Shown here: piece by piece, positions 36,115 through 49,319 of the stretch
Layout of the letters: each line of letters begins with the position of its first letter
How positions within the stretch are numbered: the stretch's first letter is position 1
DNA from: Toensbergia leucococca
Lineage: Eukaryota
DNA length: 55,326 nucleotides
Assembly (NCBI GenBank): GCA_022813965.1
Contig: JALDZS010000027.1
Location: 124,001 to 179,326 of the forward strand
Reading direction: 5' to 3'
The notes under the pieces: generated by a model
Seen by the model: the letters and a program-made list of their open reading frames with translations, nothing else
Databases searched by the model: none
What the model was told of the DNA's origin: nothing
Made by a program: the position numbers and the translations under genes

Positions 36115-37235
36115 CTATCGACGGGAGTACCTATCATCAGAACGGTCGTCATGGGCTCTACCTCCATATGGTTCCCGAGCATCCCTTGAAGGGGCCTGTT
36201 CGCCGTAACTGGCGGTATTATTGTAACGGCCACCACCACCACCGTCCCTACCATGATATTCATTTCCACCACCACGACGATCGTCTCCGCGACTGCTATA
36301 GCGATCCTCGCGACCCGAAGAAGCATAGCGATCAATGCCGCGGCCATAGTCGTCACGACGAGATCCTCCGTAGGAACGACGCTCGCGGTCATCGTAGCGA
36401 GAGGACCCACGGTAGCTGTTGTAAGAATCATCGTAACGACCTCCACCATACCCACCTCCGCGACGATCATCATAGCGATCAAAGCGGCCCCCTCGAGGAG
36501 GACCACGAACATCGTCATCTACGGTTTTCTTAGAAATATAAGAGCAAAAGGAATCAGAACAAACTAACCGCGCTTGGGTGGACCAAAGTACTTCCCTGGG
36601 GTTGGGGTTCTTGGGCGGATTCTCCTAGCCTTCTCAATGCTTAGAGTGCGGCCTTCGATATTCTCACCCTGAAGGCCTTCTTTTGCAGCATCAGCTTGCT
36701 CAGCAGTGACCATTTTGACGAATCCAAAGCCACGGGATTCTTGTGTATGGGGATCCTTCATAATTGAACACCCTTCAACATCGCCATATTTCTCGAAAAG
36801 GCGCGAAACCTCTCCCTCTGAAAGACGAGGATGGATGCCAGTGACAAATAGATTTGAGCCTGGGTTGCGCGCAGATGCCTCGCGATCTTCTTGATTTCGG
36901 TTATCGCTTGGAGGTGGGCCACTGCGATCATATTCAGCCCAGGCCTTGGGAAACGGTGAGTATCAAACATACCGAGAATCCATGCGGCCATTCGGCGAAG
37001 CACTCCGGTCTCTTCCCCCACGGTATCCATCGTCGTGCTTTACGTAGCTATCTTCACGCTTGGCTGGACGTGGCGAAGCACTTCGATCACGCTCGAAACG
37101 CGGCTCGTCTACGCGTAAGCACATCAGCGTCTGCTGCAAAAGTAGTAGGTAAAGCACTTAATGCTTTAATGTTAAACATAAATTCAGCTTACCATCATAA
37201 CGACCGTTCTCGTTTTCATAATCCATGGCTGCCAT
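36115..37235 (-). CDS. Tra2-like RRM RNA-binding protein with RS/RGG/RD-rich tails, 4 exons
   Basis: MAAMDYENENGRYD / DEPRFERDRSASPR / NPGSNLFVTGIHPRL (RNP2) ...SRGFGFVKM (RNP1)...ARRIRPRTPTPGKYFGPPKR / intron 36519-36568 / DDDVRGPPRGGRFDRYDDRRGGG...YSRR stop 36115. Confidence 0.9.
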
Positions 37236-37835
37236 GTTGAGACTCCTTGTTTGATTCGCAAGTGGAATGTCAGGTTCAACAGTGAACAATAAGGTCGAGC
37301 TAAGGATCGTATGAAACCTATGACTTGAGTCTGATTATTGCTTCCACGTATTGAGTATCTGGTATTGAGAAACTAGTGAAGGAGATGGTGGAGAGTTGAT
37401 GTTGTTGAAGAGCAAAAATCTAAAGGGTTGCGTGAAGTACAAGTAAGGTATGCGACAAAGGCGAGGTGCGCTAAACTTAGACCGGCATGATCACGTGACC
37501 CAAAGTGGATGTAGGCAGTTAGATGAGGCTGGGACTAGCTACATCAGTACGTAGATACCGTATGGCCAGATGTTTGCGTAGATTTTACTCAGGGAACTCA
37601 GTGCATGAACCATCTATGACCTAGCTTGGAATTCGAGGGGTGTAGTGACCTGTGTTTTACAAAATTATGCCCGGAGATGCTCTCTCTATTTCGCTGAGTA
37701 ATGCATAGAATAGCATGCCGCACCTCTGGCCTCTTGCTCCCTTTGCTTATGCACCATGTCTCGTAACCGCATGTGACCTGGTCTCTGAGCAGAGAAGGAT
37801 CTTTGCCTCAGACACGAATTGAAGTTCCACAACTA

Positions 37836-40800
37836 TCAACGATACCCACGCCACCTCCGACGCTTGGCACCGTTCTTGCGACGACCAGCAGTCACTGCAC
37901 CTGCTGACTCCGGATGTAAAGTGCCATCACTTAGATCCATGGCAGCCTCAGTCATTTCAATGTCGACGAGTCCCGAAAGTTCCTCTTCGTCCATGTCACT
38001 GAGCTCTTCACTCATGCCTCGCACTACCTCTCTCCCCGTCCAGCGTTCCTCTTCAATTTTAGTGCCTTCAGGGTCAAAGGGATCCATGTACCATGGAATC
38101 CCTCCATTGGATAAGGGGGTTTGCAAGTCACCCCCAGAACTCAAAGGCGGCGTCGGCGGCTCTTGAAGCTGTATGGTCATGCCGTTCACGTGGCCGGAGG
38201 AGGTGCGAAGTACCCCATTTGGCGTGTGCTCATGGATTACTATCCCATTCATGGGAGGCGTGGCGTTTGAATCCTCTGGAGTTGGCTGATGACGGGTATC
38301 TGGACGTTTGCTCTGGATCTGTTCAGCATACACTCCCTTTCTAAGACTTGGCTCTGTCATAGTAGGAACCTGCTGAATGCTTGAATCGGCGATGTCGATG
38401 TACAGTGCATTGTCGCCTGATGTACCGACAACGTCGCTTTCAAGAGAGACCCCGCTGGCGCTAAGACTTTCACCAGCGTTGGAATCACCGTCTTTAAATG
38501 AACCCGTATGGACACTACGACGAGCTGGGGCCTTTTGATCATTCAATTCGTCATCGCTAGCGTCATCGCCCAGCGAGCCGGGAAGTGAGTCGCGCCGAGA
38601 TAAGATACTCGCTTCCAGTAGTATATCAAGATCTCTCAACTCCTTCTCGAAAGGTTTCCGACACAGCTCGCTTTCCTTGCGCATCGCATCCTCAAGTGAA
38701 GCTTGTACAGCTTTGATTATCCTTTTGGCGAGCTTTTTCTTCTCCTTATATTCGGCGATAGATTCCTTTCCGGATGTGTCGCCGTGTATATGCATTTGAA
38801 CCTCTGCGGTATCAGCCGTCCTGGGGACTTGAATAGTATCGCTAAAGACAGCACCGAATTCGGCAGAAAAGGAAGAAACTGAAGTATAGAAGCGCTGGCC
38901 AAGTTTCTCACGAAGCTTGAGAAACCCGTCACTAAATGTGCCTCTATCTAGACTAAGTAGTACGTTAGCTAACGCTCAGGTAATCATGATTTCAAAAGGG
39001 TTACTCACGATTGAGCCTTCTCTAAGATTGGCCAAAGAAGAGGTGCGATTGGGAAATAAACGGTATCGACTATGTCCTTCAACATTTCTGCGTCTCTAAG
39101 CTTCTCTTCTTCTCTCTTCTTGATATCATTGCAGAGCTTCCTTAGCTTGTCAACATCTTGTTGTAGCTTCTCAGCAAAATCGATTCGCCGCTGCAATCTT
39201 ACCCTTCCGGCAGCTCCCATACCCACGAAATTCCGACGCGTAATCTCCATCGAAGAGAAAGTCTCCATCTGTAATTGCAGCCGCTTCAAAAGAGCTGCCC
39301 CACGTCGAGCTTCTCTTTTAAGAGTCCAGTATTTGCACGCTTCAGCAGCATACTCTTTTCGCTTTCGAATATTGAAGCGTTGCAACGAGCTTTCCACAGA
39401 ATTATAAACAGCTTGCGGTATGACGGGTGCCCCGGACGGCAGTCTCCATACAGCCTTTGGTGGCTGTGTCCGCTTGCGCTTATTGCCACCAACGATCAGG
39501 TTGATCTTCAGGTGGTTTTCTTGTTGCACCGGCTCAATGGCTTCGTGATGATGTGACGCAGCCATGACTAGGGCAGCTTGCTGACTATCCGCCCAAAGTC
39601 GACCACGCATTGTATAATGGTAGTATTCGATTGCATCAGATGTCGCACTATCAACGTCATTCTCTCTTCGCCACTCAGGTGGGACGTGCTTGTCGCAGTA
39701 AGCCTTCAAAACACTCGCATCCATACTCGCAGGACCCCCATGACTGGACTTCATCTTCAAGAAAAGTTTGGCTCTCCTAGCACATGTAACGTGGAAGGCG
39801 ACAAAACAGTTCTTATTACCACATTGGATGCAAGCACCCATCTTCTGGCGACAAATATAGCAAGTCAACTTCCATCTCTGCTTGGGGACTTTTTCAACAT
39901 CCATCACTGGCTCCATGAACGTAGTGTTGCCTAAGGAGACTTCTGGAATCCAAACCGCACATAGTAAGTGAGACCATCTGGATGCATTCGTCTGCTTGAA
40001 AGCTCCGTCAGTGTTTGGACAAAAGATACATGTGGGTGTTCCACGGCCAATAAGCTGACACTTTCGACAGAGCCATTGTCCTTCAGGTATGTACGGAACA
40101 CCATAGCACTCTTGATGCACTGCCAAATCACACCCATCACAAAAAACGATGGCGTTTGTGTTTTCACAGTCTCCATCATCGCAGATAGCACATTTACTAT
40201 CTTGCTCCTCCCCAGGGGCTGACGGTTCACCATTAACGGCTGCTGCGGAGCTCGAACGTGGTCGATGCGTCTGCGGAGGTTTTGGGTTCGGCTTAGGTAT
40301 TCTCTTCTCGAGAGCATGCCACTCCTTCTCGATTTTTGTCATTGTGATCTCAAAGATGGCGGGTCTAATAGTCTCAATCTGCTCGGATTTCCTTTGAGTG
40401 TTGTATGAGTCAAGCCATTTGTCGTCTTGCTCGTCCATGTCGTACTCAACCCTACCGACGCCAATCCCACCTATCGCTGCGTTAGACTCGCCATCCAATT
40501 TTGCTCCTGGAACTACGTCTAGGTCTTCTTCGACGGTACCCTCCGTTACGCGGATTAGTCCGTCTGAACGTATGTAAATGTCGCTTTCTTGATAACCAAC
40601 GTTTGCCATTGTACGATCAACATAATTTAATTGCCCAGCTGCATTCTGCTCATACGAAACAAACGGATCTGCGAGATGAAAGGAAGGTTTTGGTAGGGTG
40701 AGCTTTTCGCGCGGATTAGGTCCCGGAAGAGGGACAACCTTAGGTGTATCTGGCGTTCCAATACCTTTCAACATTGAATCATGCCTGCGCGGTGGTCGTC

Positions 40801-41515
40801 CAGGCCGCCTTCTGTGTGGAGTCAAGGCGCTAGATTCAGCACTGGTGGTCATATTTGGCATGCTGAGATTCTTAGTTGGCGTGTCTCCGATATGGCCGTT
40901 CTCTTCGGAATCCTTGGATTCACCAGGGTGGTCCTCCATGGTAGAATCTAGTCTATCCTCGTTTGCAGGGGATCCACTATCTCCTATACTATCGTATGAT
41001 TTAGGGGTTACTGTAGCCTTGATGACCCCATCAACTTCGTCTGCACTGAATATTGGGAATTTCGCCTCGATGACAAGGTCCTGATGGAACTCTTCCCAGC
41101 TCCTTTCCTCCCTTGGTTTGAACCCATCGCCCTGCACAACGGCAGCGGCGGCGGCAGCAGCAGAACTAAATCTTGGCCTCGTCGTGGTTCTCTCTCTTCG
41201 GCTCTCCCGGCGTGGACGCGGATATACTATAGGCTGAACGCCATTGGCGGCGTTCTCACGTCCTATTCTGCCTCTTGGGCCGACGTAGTTGTAGCCCCCA
41301 GGGCCTGTCCCTCCAACCGGAATTTCCGTACCATCAACGTCTACATATCTACCACCTCCACCCGGGCCGCCTGGAATATATCTTCGCTTCTTTGGAGGCT
41401 GCTCAACAGTACTAGGGCCTTCAACTACCGGAGATTGCGGACGCGGCTTGCGCCCCGCTCTACCACGAACAGTAGTAGGTCGCCGGCGAACAGGAGGAGG
41501 AGCAGCAGCCAGCAT
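37836..41515 (-). CDS. NTO1: NuA3 histone acetyltransferase subunit Nto1 (BRPF-like; EPC-N, PHD and extended PHD)
   Basis: VEYDMDEQDDKWL, CAICDDGDCENTNAIVFCDGCDLAVHQECYGVPYIPEGQWLCRKC, second PHD CYIC...GACIQC...FHVTCAR, YWTLKREARRGAALLKRL. One intron (about 38953-39008) joins the 836-aa and 319-aa ORFs in frame. Confidence 0.95.
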
Positions 41516-41901
41516 AGTGCTAGGAAGATACGAAAGCCGCGCGTAGAGAGGGTTGTGATCAAATCATCTGCTGGCTTTCGTCGTTGTCAGGATCAGAGCT
41601 GAGCTCATGCGCAGAGATGCGCGACGGTCGTATTCTGGGCTTTCGTAGGCTTCAAAGCTGGAGGAAAGACGGTGCCACTGAGGTACCGGGAGAATCGTTT
41701 GGATACCTTAATGTCAAAGAGTCGATAGGACAGCACGGTGCAAGGGACGGAGGTAAGGATCTGCAGCTAAAGTAGCGTACGCTAAGCGGACACGCTAGCA
41801 CAAGACAGCTCCCGCGCTCTCGGCTATTTTGGATGGTCATGTTTGAATTTTGGCGGTTATGATTACTGGGTTGAAAAACGAGTTCAGTGATCGATCCGAC
41901 C

Positions 41902-42560
41902 ATGAGCGGTACTGGCGAAGAGCGGTATGTCCAAACTCCGACTCCAAGTGAAATAGGTATCCTTGTGGAACATTTTGCGCTGACCGTTCAAAAAGCTGGC
42001 GCACGGCACGCGGTCAACCCAATCGCCAACCGAGTCAACCGCAAGCTCATAATAATTCGCGCGAGCACTCCTCCGGTAGCCAGGTTCAAGGAAGGCAGGC
42101 TTCTGGAAGCCAAGGATTGACGGCTATGCCAGGAAATGCCTGGACGACCAATGAGAGAGGGAACAGGGATGGGGCTCAGCACGGCCCACCACATGAGCAA
42201 CATATATCTGTGAGAGGCTTCAATGCGCAGGAAACTCGAGATGTCTTGAAGAAAGGTAGGTTGAGCACGAGTGCTTATATCGGTCAAGGTCTGATCCTTT
42301 GCCGTGAGGAAAGCGTTCGTCAGTGTATCTTCGGAAGATGGGAAGTCTCTGAGCTACAGGGCTACGGGAGGACCAACAAACTATGCTAAGAGTGGAGGGC
42401 CATGGGCCTCTAAGCGTATGTACATCTGTTGAGCATGCCTTATGACTACACAGGCTAATTGTCGTTAGCAAATACAATGGGTAACGGCAAGGATTTCTTC
42501 CTTGAGCTACGCAAGCAATTGTCAACCCTACAGCAAAGCGGAGAACGTGCAGGAGGCTAG
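41902..42560 (+). CDS. Small hypothetical protein, 158 aa, 4 exons
   Basis: Exons 41902-41924, 41996-42255, 42314-42415, 42469-42560 total 477 nt in one frame: MSGTGEERWRTARG...HISVRGFNAQETRDVLKK...SGGPWASKPNTMGNGKDFFLELRKQLSTLQQSGERAGG. Donors GTATGT/GTAGGT/GTATGT, branch sites CTGAC/CTGAT/CTAAT. Confidence 0.8.
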
Positions 42561-44056
42561 AAAGCTGAGAAGGAGAGACGCATGAATTCTTGACAAGAAG
42601 CGTTCTAGTGAACAGCAGTAAGATACCCGCAGCTAACGTGTATCGAATAATCCATTTACCCGAAAGGACACCGACTGCGCCCGTACAAACTCAAGGAGAT
42701 CTCTGTTCTCTATGCGGTGGATAAGAGTTTAGAAGAGGGCAAGGCAGCATCAGAAACTCTAGTGCCATCATGGTCTTCCTCTATGCATGTAGCGACCCTG
42801 GCCAGACTCAACCTAATATTGCTTGGGAATTTTTGCAATAACGACTCATCAAACTCCGTGATTGTATTCTGAGATTTGCAGCCTAGAAAGCTTGCCAATC
42901 TTCAGAGAAGGCGACGAAGAAGCCCCTTGTTCTCTAATTCTTGACTAAGCCATTAGGAGATTGACTGGTAGGCACAAGCTGAATGATGATAAGCCGTGCT
43001 TAGCGGGTGGGCGAGATATAATACCATTTTTCATCATTACCTTCATCTATGTGCTCCTTTTCTTTTGAACAAAAGCGCCTAGCGCTGATATGTCGCAGTG
43101 ATGTTAAGTACGAGCTAGTCCATTCCCAATCAAAATGCGTCAATTCTTGGTCTTCTCTGTTTTAGTCCTGACCTCAACTTCTAGCATGACAGGTATGACT
43201 CTTCATGTTCATTAATCACCAAGCTTCGCTCTGATCCGACCATCCGAAGATTTGTTGAGCACTAGTCCACTTGACTAAGAGACAAACTCAAACATGTGAA
43301 GTGCAGGTCTTTGCAGTCACAGAGCTGGTAGCACTCCCGGTACTTTTTATGAAAGACATTATATGAGATCATTAGTGTTGATGCATTGCAAGATCTCTTC
43401 GAGGATCAGAGTACGAATAACCATACCTTCGTATGCATTCACAAGAGACGGCTGTTCCCTGCGAAGGCCTTCGTAGAACTGATATCAAATGTCAATCTCT
43501 TCTACTATTGTATAGGTCGCTGCTAACGACGTATTGATATGAAGCATGGCATTTCGATCACCACTTGAGGTGCAGTCGCTGCATCATGGATGATTGACTT
43601 GAATGTGGACTCACTGAAAACCTCTTTCCTTTTGGCTGGGATATCATTATGTCTTCTTGGAAGTCCTTTCATAGCCATTGTCCCTAGGATTCAGCCTTTG
43701 CTGACTGCGCCAGTCGTGTCAAGAGAATGGAGTCGGGTGCATGCGAGAGCTTCGACGTCGTGATTGGAGAAAGAAGGATTCCAGCTCCCGAGATTCTCAA
43801 CCACATTTATACGAAGATGTTTACTATTCGACTGTGTCTCTCTCTGAAGGCTTGGAAGGGAAAGTTTGAGAGACCATTGTCTGTTAGTGTTCTTGAAATT
43901 GTGGTGTCACTCACAGTCGAAAGAGTAATACCCTGCTGTACAACAAGATCTCAAGGTAGGTACTTTTCAGGAATACAATCTGTGCTTTTTGTATATCCTA
44001 CCTATGATACATTATTTGATTACGTCAATCCACGTAGCAATATCAGTGTAGATTAA

Positions 44057-45760
44057 TCAATCAGAACGGCTATCTGCTTCATTATCCTCCATTCTTCTTG
44101 CCACTTTCCTGCCCCAAACCTCATCCGCTCCCTCTTTCCCCTTTGTCTCCGGAACATACCATGCAATGAACAACCCAAGCAGAATCGCAAGGGCAGCAAA
44201 TACGTAGTACACCCTACCCTTCCCTAATGTATGATTCAAGATCGGGAAAAATTGAGCCACCACAAAGGTCCCGATCCAATTGGCCGCCAATGCCCAACTC
44301 TGCGTTGCCCCTATTGCCTCTGGCCCAACCAATTCTGTGGATAGTATGTAGGGAACAGGGCCTAGCCCCAATGCAAACGAGGAAACGAAAGTGAGCGTTG
44401 CGATGATCGATAGAGCCTTAATACTCAAGCCAATCCCTATTGCAAGTAAAAGGGCGCTCAAGAACATGCCACCAATACTCAGAAGTAAACATCTTTTGCG
44501 GCCCACCTTGTCAATCAACGGGGCAAAGAGAATCGTCATGATAAGGTTGAGGGTCGAAACGGCAACAGTAATGAGCCCGGCGGTGGTAGGGAGAAGGGAC
44601 GAAAGCAAGCTAACGGAATACATGACTATACTATTGATGCCAGTAAATTGCTGCGTAAACATTACCACCACGACTGCAATGGTGGCCTGGCGATAAGTCG
44701 GTTGGGTCAAAGCGCTAAGGATGCCAATCGATGAAGTGGCAGCTTTTGGAGTGGGAGAAGGATGAGATCCTGCTGGTGCGGAGAGAAGGGACTCTTCTTC
44801 AGCTGATATAAACTTTAGTGTGTTTACAACATGATAGACACAGTAGGTAGCCTACATATGTCCTCCGCGCTACTATCAATGTTCCATGCCTTGACTTCAT
44901 CATCTATGTTCAATTCTTGACCTCTTATACTTCGGAGAACCCTTCTCGCCCGCTGCGGACGGCGATTCTCAGCCAACCATTTGGGGCTCTCAGGAACAAA
45001 GATCAATCCGACCATCTGCAAAAGTCCAAGACCACCAGCAACGGCAAGCACAATTCTCCACAACTGATCCTTACTGAGGAAATTACCTAGAAGCTGCGCG
45101 GCTACAATTCCGAGGTTGACCATCACCTGCAGATCTTAGTGGAAAGGATCAGACCAAACAAGGTATCGAATTTTGCGAACGGACGGTCTTGTAGCCGAGG
45201 AACTTACCTGTGTCAATGCGCCGAACAAGCCCTTCTCCTTTGGGGGCGCTACCTCCGCTATATATATCGGTACTACAACAATAGCTCCACCTGCCCCAAG
45301 CCCCGACAGAAACCTTCCGACGGATATGACGGCAAAGCTGTTGGCTAAACTCTCAAAGGCTGGACCAAGGATAAAAAATATGGCAATCAAACGCATGGTA
45401 ACGAGGCGTCCAAACTTTGTAGAGCATGTTCCTGCGCTCAATGCGCCGAGAAGACCGCCGAGGGTATAGATGGAAGACACGAGACCGAATTGGGTAAGGT
45501 TCATAGGTATACATTGTGGGAGGGCAGATAGAAATCGAGTATCAGAGACGCGCTTCTTCTCGCAGGTGATCACTGCCTGCGGGACGTTCAACTCTGCCTA
45601 TTGGAATCAGCAAAATGACCAGATCAGGATAATGGCAGGTGGCAATGACAAGATGAAATCCGTATTGAAGTGGCCCAATTGTCGCTATCAGCACAAGGTA
45701 AATCAGGTACGCCGTGACATCATTCATACAGGTACGGGCAGAGGGTTCCCTAGGTGCCAT
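44057..45760 (-). CDS. MFS sugar-porter family protein, Vps73/YBR241C-like, 4 exons
   Basis: MAPREPS...GPLQYGFHL/AELNVPQ, GRFLSGLGAG, VPIYIAEVAP, PESPKWL, QQFTGINSIVMYS, DKVGRK, LGLGPVPY, PETKG sugar-porter signatures. Confidence 0.92.
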
Positions 45761-47066
45761 GACAAGCCAGTCACCCAGTGTACTGGGTGTCAATCCTTCC
45801 TTAGAGACTTTTCCCGGCGAGAAGATGGACCACTTGATAGAGAGTCTCTGAATTCCCGGTATTTTTCGGAGCAGATACGTACGAAGGTCATTCTACTTAC
45901 CTTACTCTGGGAATGAAGTTCTATGAGACGTCAAAATCCGGGATCTCGCGCATCTCGTTAGAATATGAGCAACAAAACTCGAATGGCGGGGAGTTTTCCC
46001 CTCCACATCTCCGCCATACTGCAATCACCAGTCCACAACACTTTTTCAATTGAACACGACAAGAGCAACGGTAGCAAGAAAGCCATAAGATTCAATTACA
46101 TGGGTAACCGTCAGGGACGTGAGATAAGGCTCCATGCCCTAACTGAGGAATCTGCACTTCCCAAGCCAGCGAATACACTTACTTTCGTGGCAATCGTACC
46201 CATGCCTGATAATGCATCATTCCTGACCAGCGTAGGGTTCGCTTCCGATCATACCGATGACTACTGTTCACCTCATCACATTTGCGCGAATCTAACCCCA
46301 TGTACATTCTGCTGAGCACTCATCGCACATCGATAATGATCAAGTACCACAAGGGTTTCCCCACAAGTCTGAGGGTCCTAATGACTAAGGTACCTATGCG
46401 ACTGACAGGGTCAATATCTGTCATCTGTGAGTCAAGAGAATTTGATACTTGATTGGCTGATGGTTCGTGCAGGTTGAAGACTGTGTGCATATCAAATCCC
46501 AAAGAAGAGAACATGGTCAAGACCAAACGATGGCTTCTCCGATTGTGGTCAAGGGAAAGCAGAACCATCAACCTCATAGGCTACTTGAACAGCTCCTTTT
46601 CACATGTCCTATCACTATCACGGGATGCTGCACAGTGCAACTGCAGCAAGTTCTACCCCACCTGCAAGCCCAGGCACCGTCACAACATCATTGGCGCTTA
46701 ACGATGTTCCTGCGACATGATTCGCTGGCTGCCTCCACAATTATCATTTCGCTTTCAATACTCTTGGACGAGATGAATGAATATATAATCTAGGCGCCAA
46801 CCCACCCGTCTCATTCCAACATCTTCTAGTTATCTTTGGTTCAGTGCTTTTAGTCTTCCACTCTCTATTTAGTACCCTTGGCTGGTCCAATCCACAACTT
46901 CCAATACACCCATCTTCTTACATACATCAGCGTCTATTGCCTGTCTTTTATCACTTCGCTGTTGATCAGTGTCTCCATTTCCTTCCAGAGTATTCCCTCG
47001 TGGTATATTCGCCTTTCTGCAAATCCCTTTCATCAAACTACCAACACTCTTCGTCAAGCCATCAAT

Positions 47067-47435
47067 ATGCTTGCTCGCGCCGCGAAACCTAAGCTCTCCC
47101 TCGCTCTTCCAACAGCGACTACTACTTCTCTCTCTCTCAAATCCCCGCTCCCGCGAACACCTATATCTCCTTCACCGATCAGCCCAACCGCAAGGAACAC
47201 TCGTCTCAACCAACGCGGATTCTCCACCCTCCAGCCGCCGACTTTTGCCTACGCTCAATCGTCGACCACGAAGAGTATTTTGAAGAAAGGCCAGGCATCG
47301 TCGTCAGCCATAGGGAAAAAACTCCAGTTCAGAGAAGAACCAGCAGTGAGATGCGTTACACCTGTTCCCTCGGACTATCACGGCACCTATGTGAAGATGA
47401 CTAGGGATGATCGGCGATGGGGCAGAGGTGTATAA
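47067..47435 (+). CDS. Small basic Ser/Thr/Pro-rich hypothetical protein, 122 aa, with SILK and RVxF-type motifs
   Basis: First ATG of ORF 46878-47435 is at 47067 in a good context (TCAATATG): MLARAAKPKLSLALP...SPISPTARNT...KSILKK...KKLQFREEPAVRCVTP...MTRDDRRW. Confidence 0.75.
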   Translation: MLARAAKPKLSLALPTATTTSLSLKSPLPRTPISPSPISPTARNTRLNQRGFSTLQPPTFAYAQSSTTKSILKKGQASSSAIGKKLQFREEPAVRCVTPVPSDYHGTYVKMTRDDRRWGRGV

Positions 47436-49319
47436 GGACGACGATCCCAAGACTGACATTCCAATTCCCTTGGGTCGAGTCGAGCCTCTCAGCTTGCACG
47501 GGCACCACCATGAGGGAAGCGCACGGCCTAACGGCGGGACTGCAGAGTGCATGTATGGCATCCGCCTATGAAGCATCGAACATGATCGTTGCTATGGCTT
47601 TGGTGGACGAGTGATGAAGCTGACGATTACGAATTTGTTGATAGTAAGGGGAAGTAATGGAAATGAAATTTTGATTGATAATCCATACTCTTGAATATAC
47701 ACTCCGCATGCTATATACTCCACGGTCGAATAAACATGTGAACAGATGATTCATGCCTACAATAGTGATAGTACAAGCGCTCATGGTAGAACCAGACAAG
47801 GCTAGTACTACCTATTCTATTATGCTCTTCGTGGATAAAAATAGAGATGGCCTCCTTGTCATAGAATCTCAATCTCGTGTTTCAACTTGCAATCCCGAAG
47901 TCAGAGCCACAGAGCAGAAAGAACAACTCGATCATGGCAGTGAGTGATTTGTGGCATTCTCTAGCAGTGGAAGTAGTTAGACTCAATTGCGCGCCGTTGG
48001 CCATTGGAAAAGATGAAACACTAGACTTGAGGGTTGAGCAGGAGGCCGAGGAAGCCGGTGGGCTGTATATCTTGCTTATGATCCTGAGATGAAGCATTGG
48101 GAGTTGGAGGGGACGAGGCGGAGTCGTTTTTTGGACGCCGCTAAGGAAACATTGTTCCTGCATCTGAACATGTGGTATTGCAGTACGTGATGCAGGTGCT
48201 GCGGTCTTTGATGACAGTGTAGACTTGCCCTTCTGGAGATTACAAGACCCCTGGGTTTTGTGGGAGGAACGCAACCCATAACAGTTCGTCTGATGAATGG
48301 GGTGGGGGGAATGAGATGGAGGTACTCGTGTCACGACCAGAATGGGCCAGAATGGGAATATCTCACGTCAATGCTGGTTTTATGGAGTGTTGATCTCTCA
48401 CAGGACTGCGGATTTCTCAGAGCGACTTCATCCGAATGCCTGATCGGGACTCGTGTATATTACTTGGGAATATGAAATGGGACTCTTTATCGATCATGAG
48501 ATGAAACACACGAGCAAGTGTCAAGCAGAAGTCAGGGGTGGTGGGGTAACTGCAAGGCCGACCACTCAGATAAGGTATATGTAGAGCATGTACCTGCATT
48601 AGGTAAAGCTGCAGCCAAAGTTCTATTCTGGGAAACACGCCCTAAGCCTCTCCAGTAACCCCAACCCTAAGCGCCTCTTATTTTCCGTCAGGAACCGCCC
48701 ATCGAAAAAGGACTCTAACAAAAGAAAACGAACCTCTCCGCAGAAATCGCACAACCATTCCCAGCCGGCCTATGACAAGGCCGTTATTTTGGCATTAGAC
48801 GCGAAGGGTCCCTTGAGCCCATGTTTCAGCCTTACGATGCTTCTAAAGAAAGAAAATGTCGGATCAGGTCCAACCTAATGTTCCAAGCTAGTTCTGAGGG
48901 ACTGGCGTCAACAGGAAAGAGAGAGCGAGGAGCCTCAATCAGAACCCGCATGACATGCTGATGCGGAATGTCCTATAAGAACACTAGCCCTTCGCCGCAT
49001 TGCCCTTGCCCTTTCCTGCTGAGCAATGCAGTGACTATTTCCTACTTTTCAAAAGCAATTACAACCCAAGGGCCCTTTCCTACTTCCTTACCTTCCTTTT
49101 CCCTTTGGCTTCCCTCTTTTCTTTCTTGCAATCTTGGCCCTTTTCCACTGGCCTTGTCCTTAATCCCCCCAGCCGGGCCAATCTTCCTGCTCCCATAATT
49201 CTAATATTGCATGTTCACATCGTGGTACCCTGTTTCTTCCTACCCTCGTCAAACCATAGATTTCTTATTTCTGGGCATTGGCTTTCTCACATCTACAAAA
49301 GCGCACGACTCCTACCATT

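Noticed and set aside
36072..36518. 148-aa hydrophobic ORF overlapping the last exon of the RRM gene in another frame (possible dual coding)
   Set aside because: Expected shadow of GAT/CGT/GGT-rich codons read in a shifted frame; I found no splice route into this frame.
42700..44056. ORF-poor interval with a 109-aa ORF (43727-44056)
   Set aside because: No recognisable product; may be a decayed gene, but this is unsupported.
48640..48671. Two CCCTAA telomere-like hexamers
   Set aside because: Not tandem; too few for an interstitial telomeric repeat.
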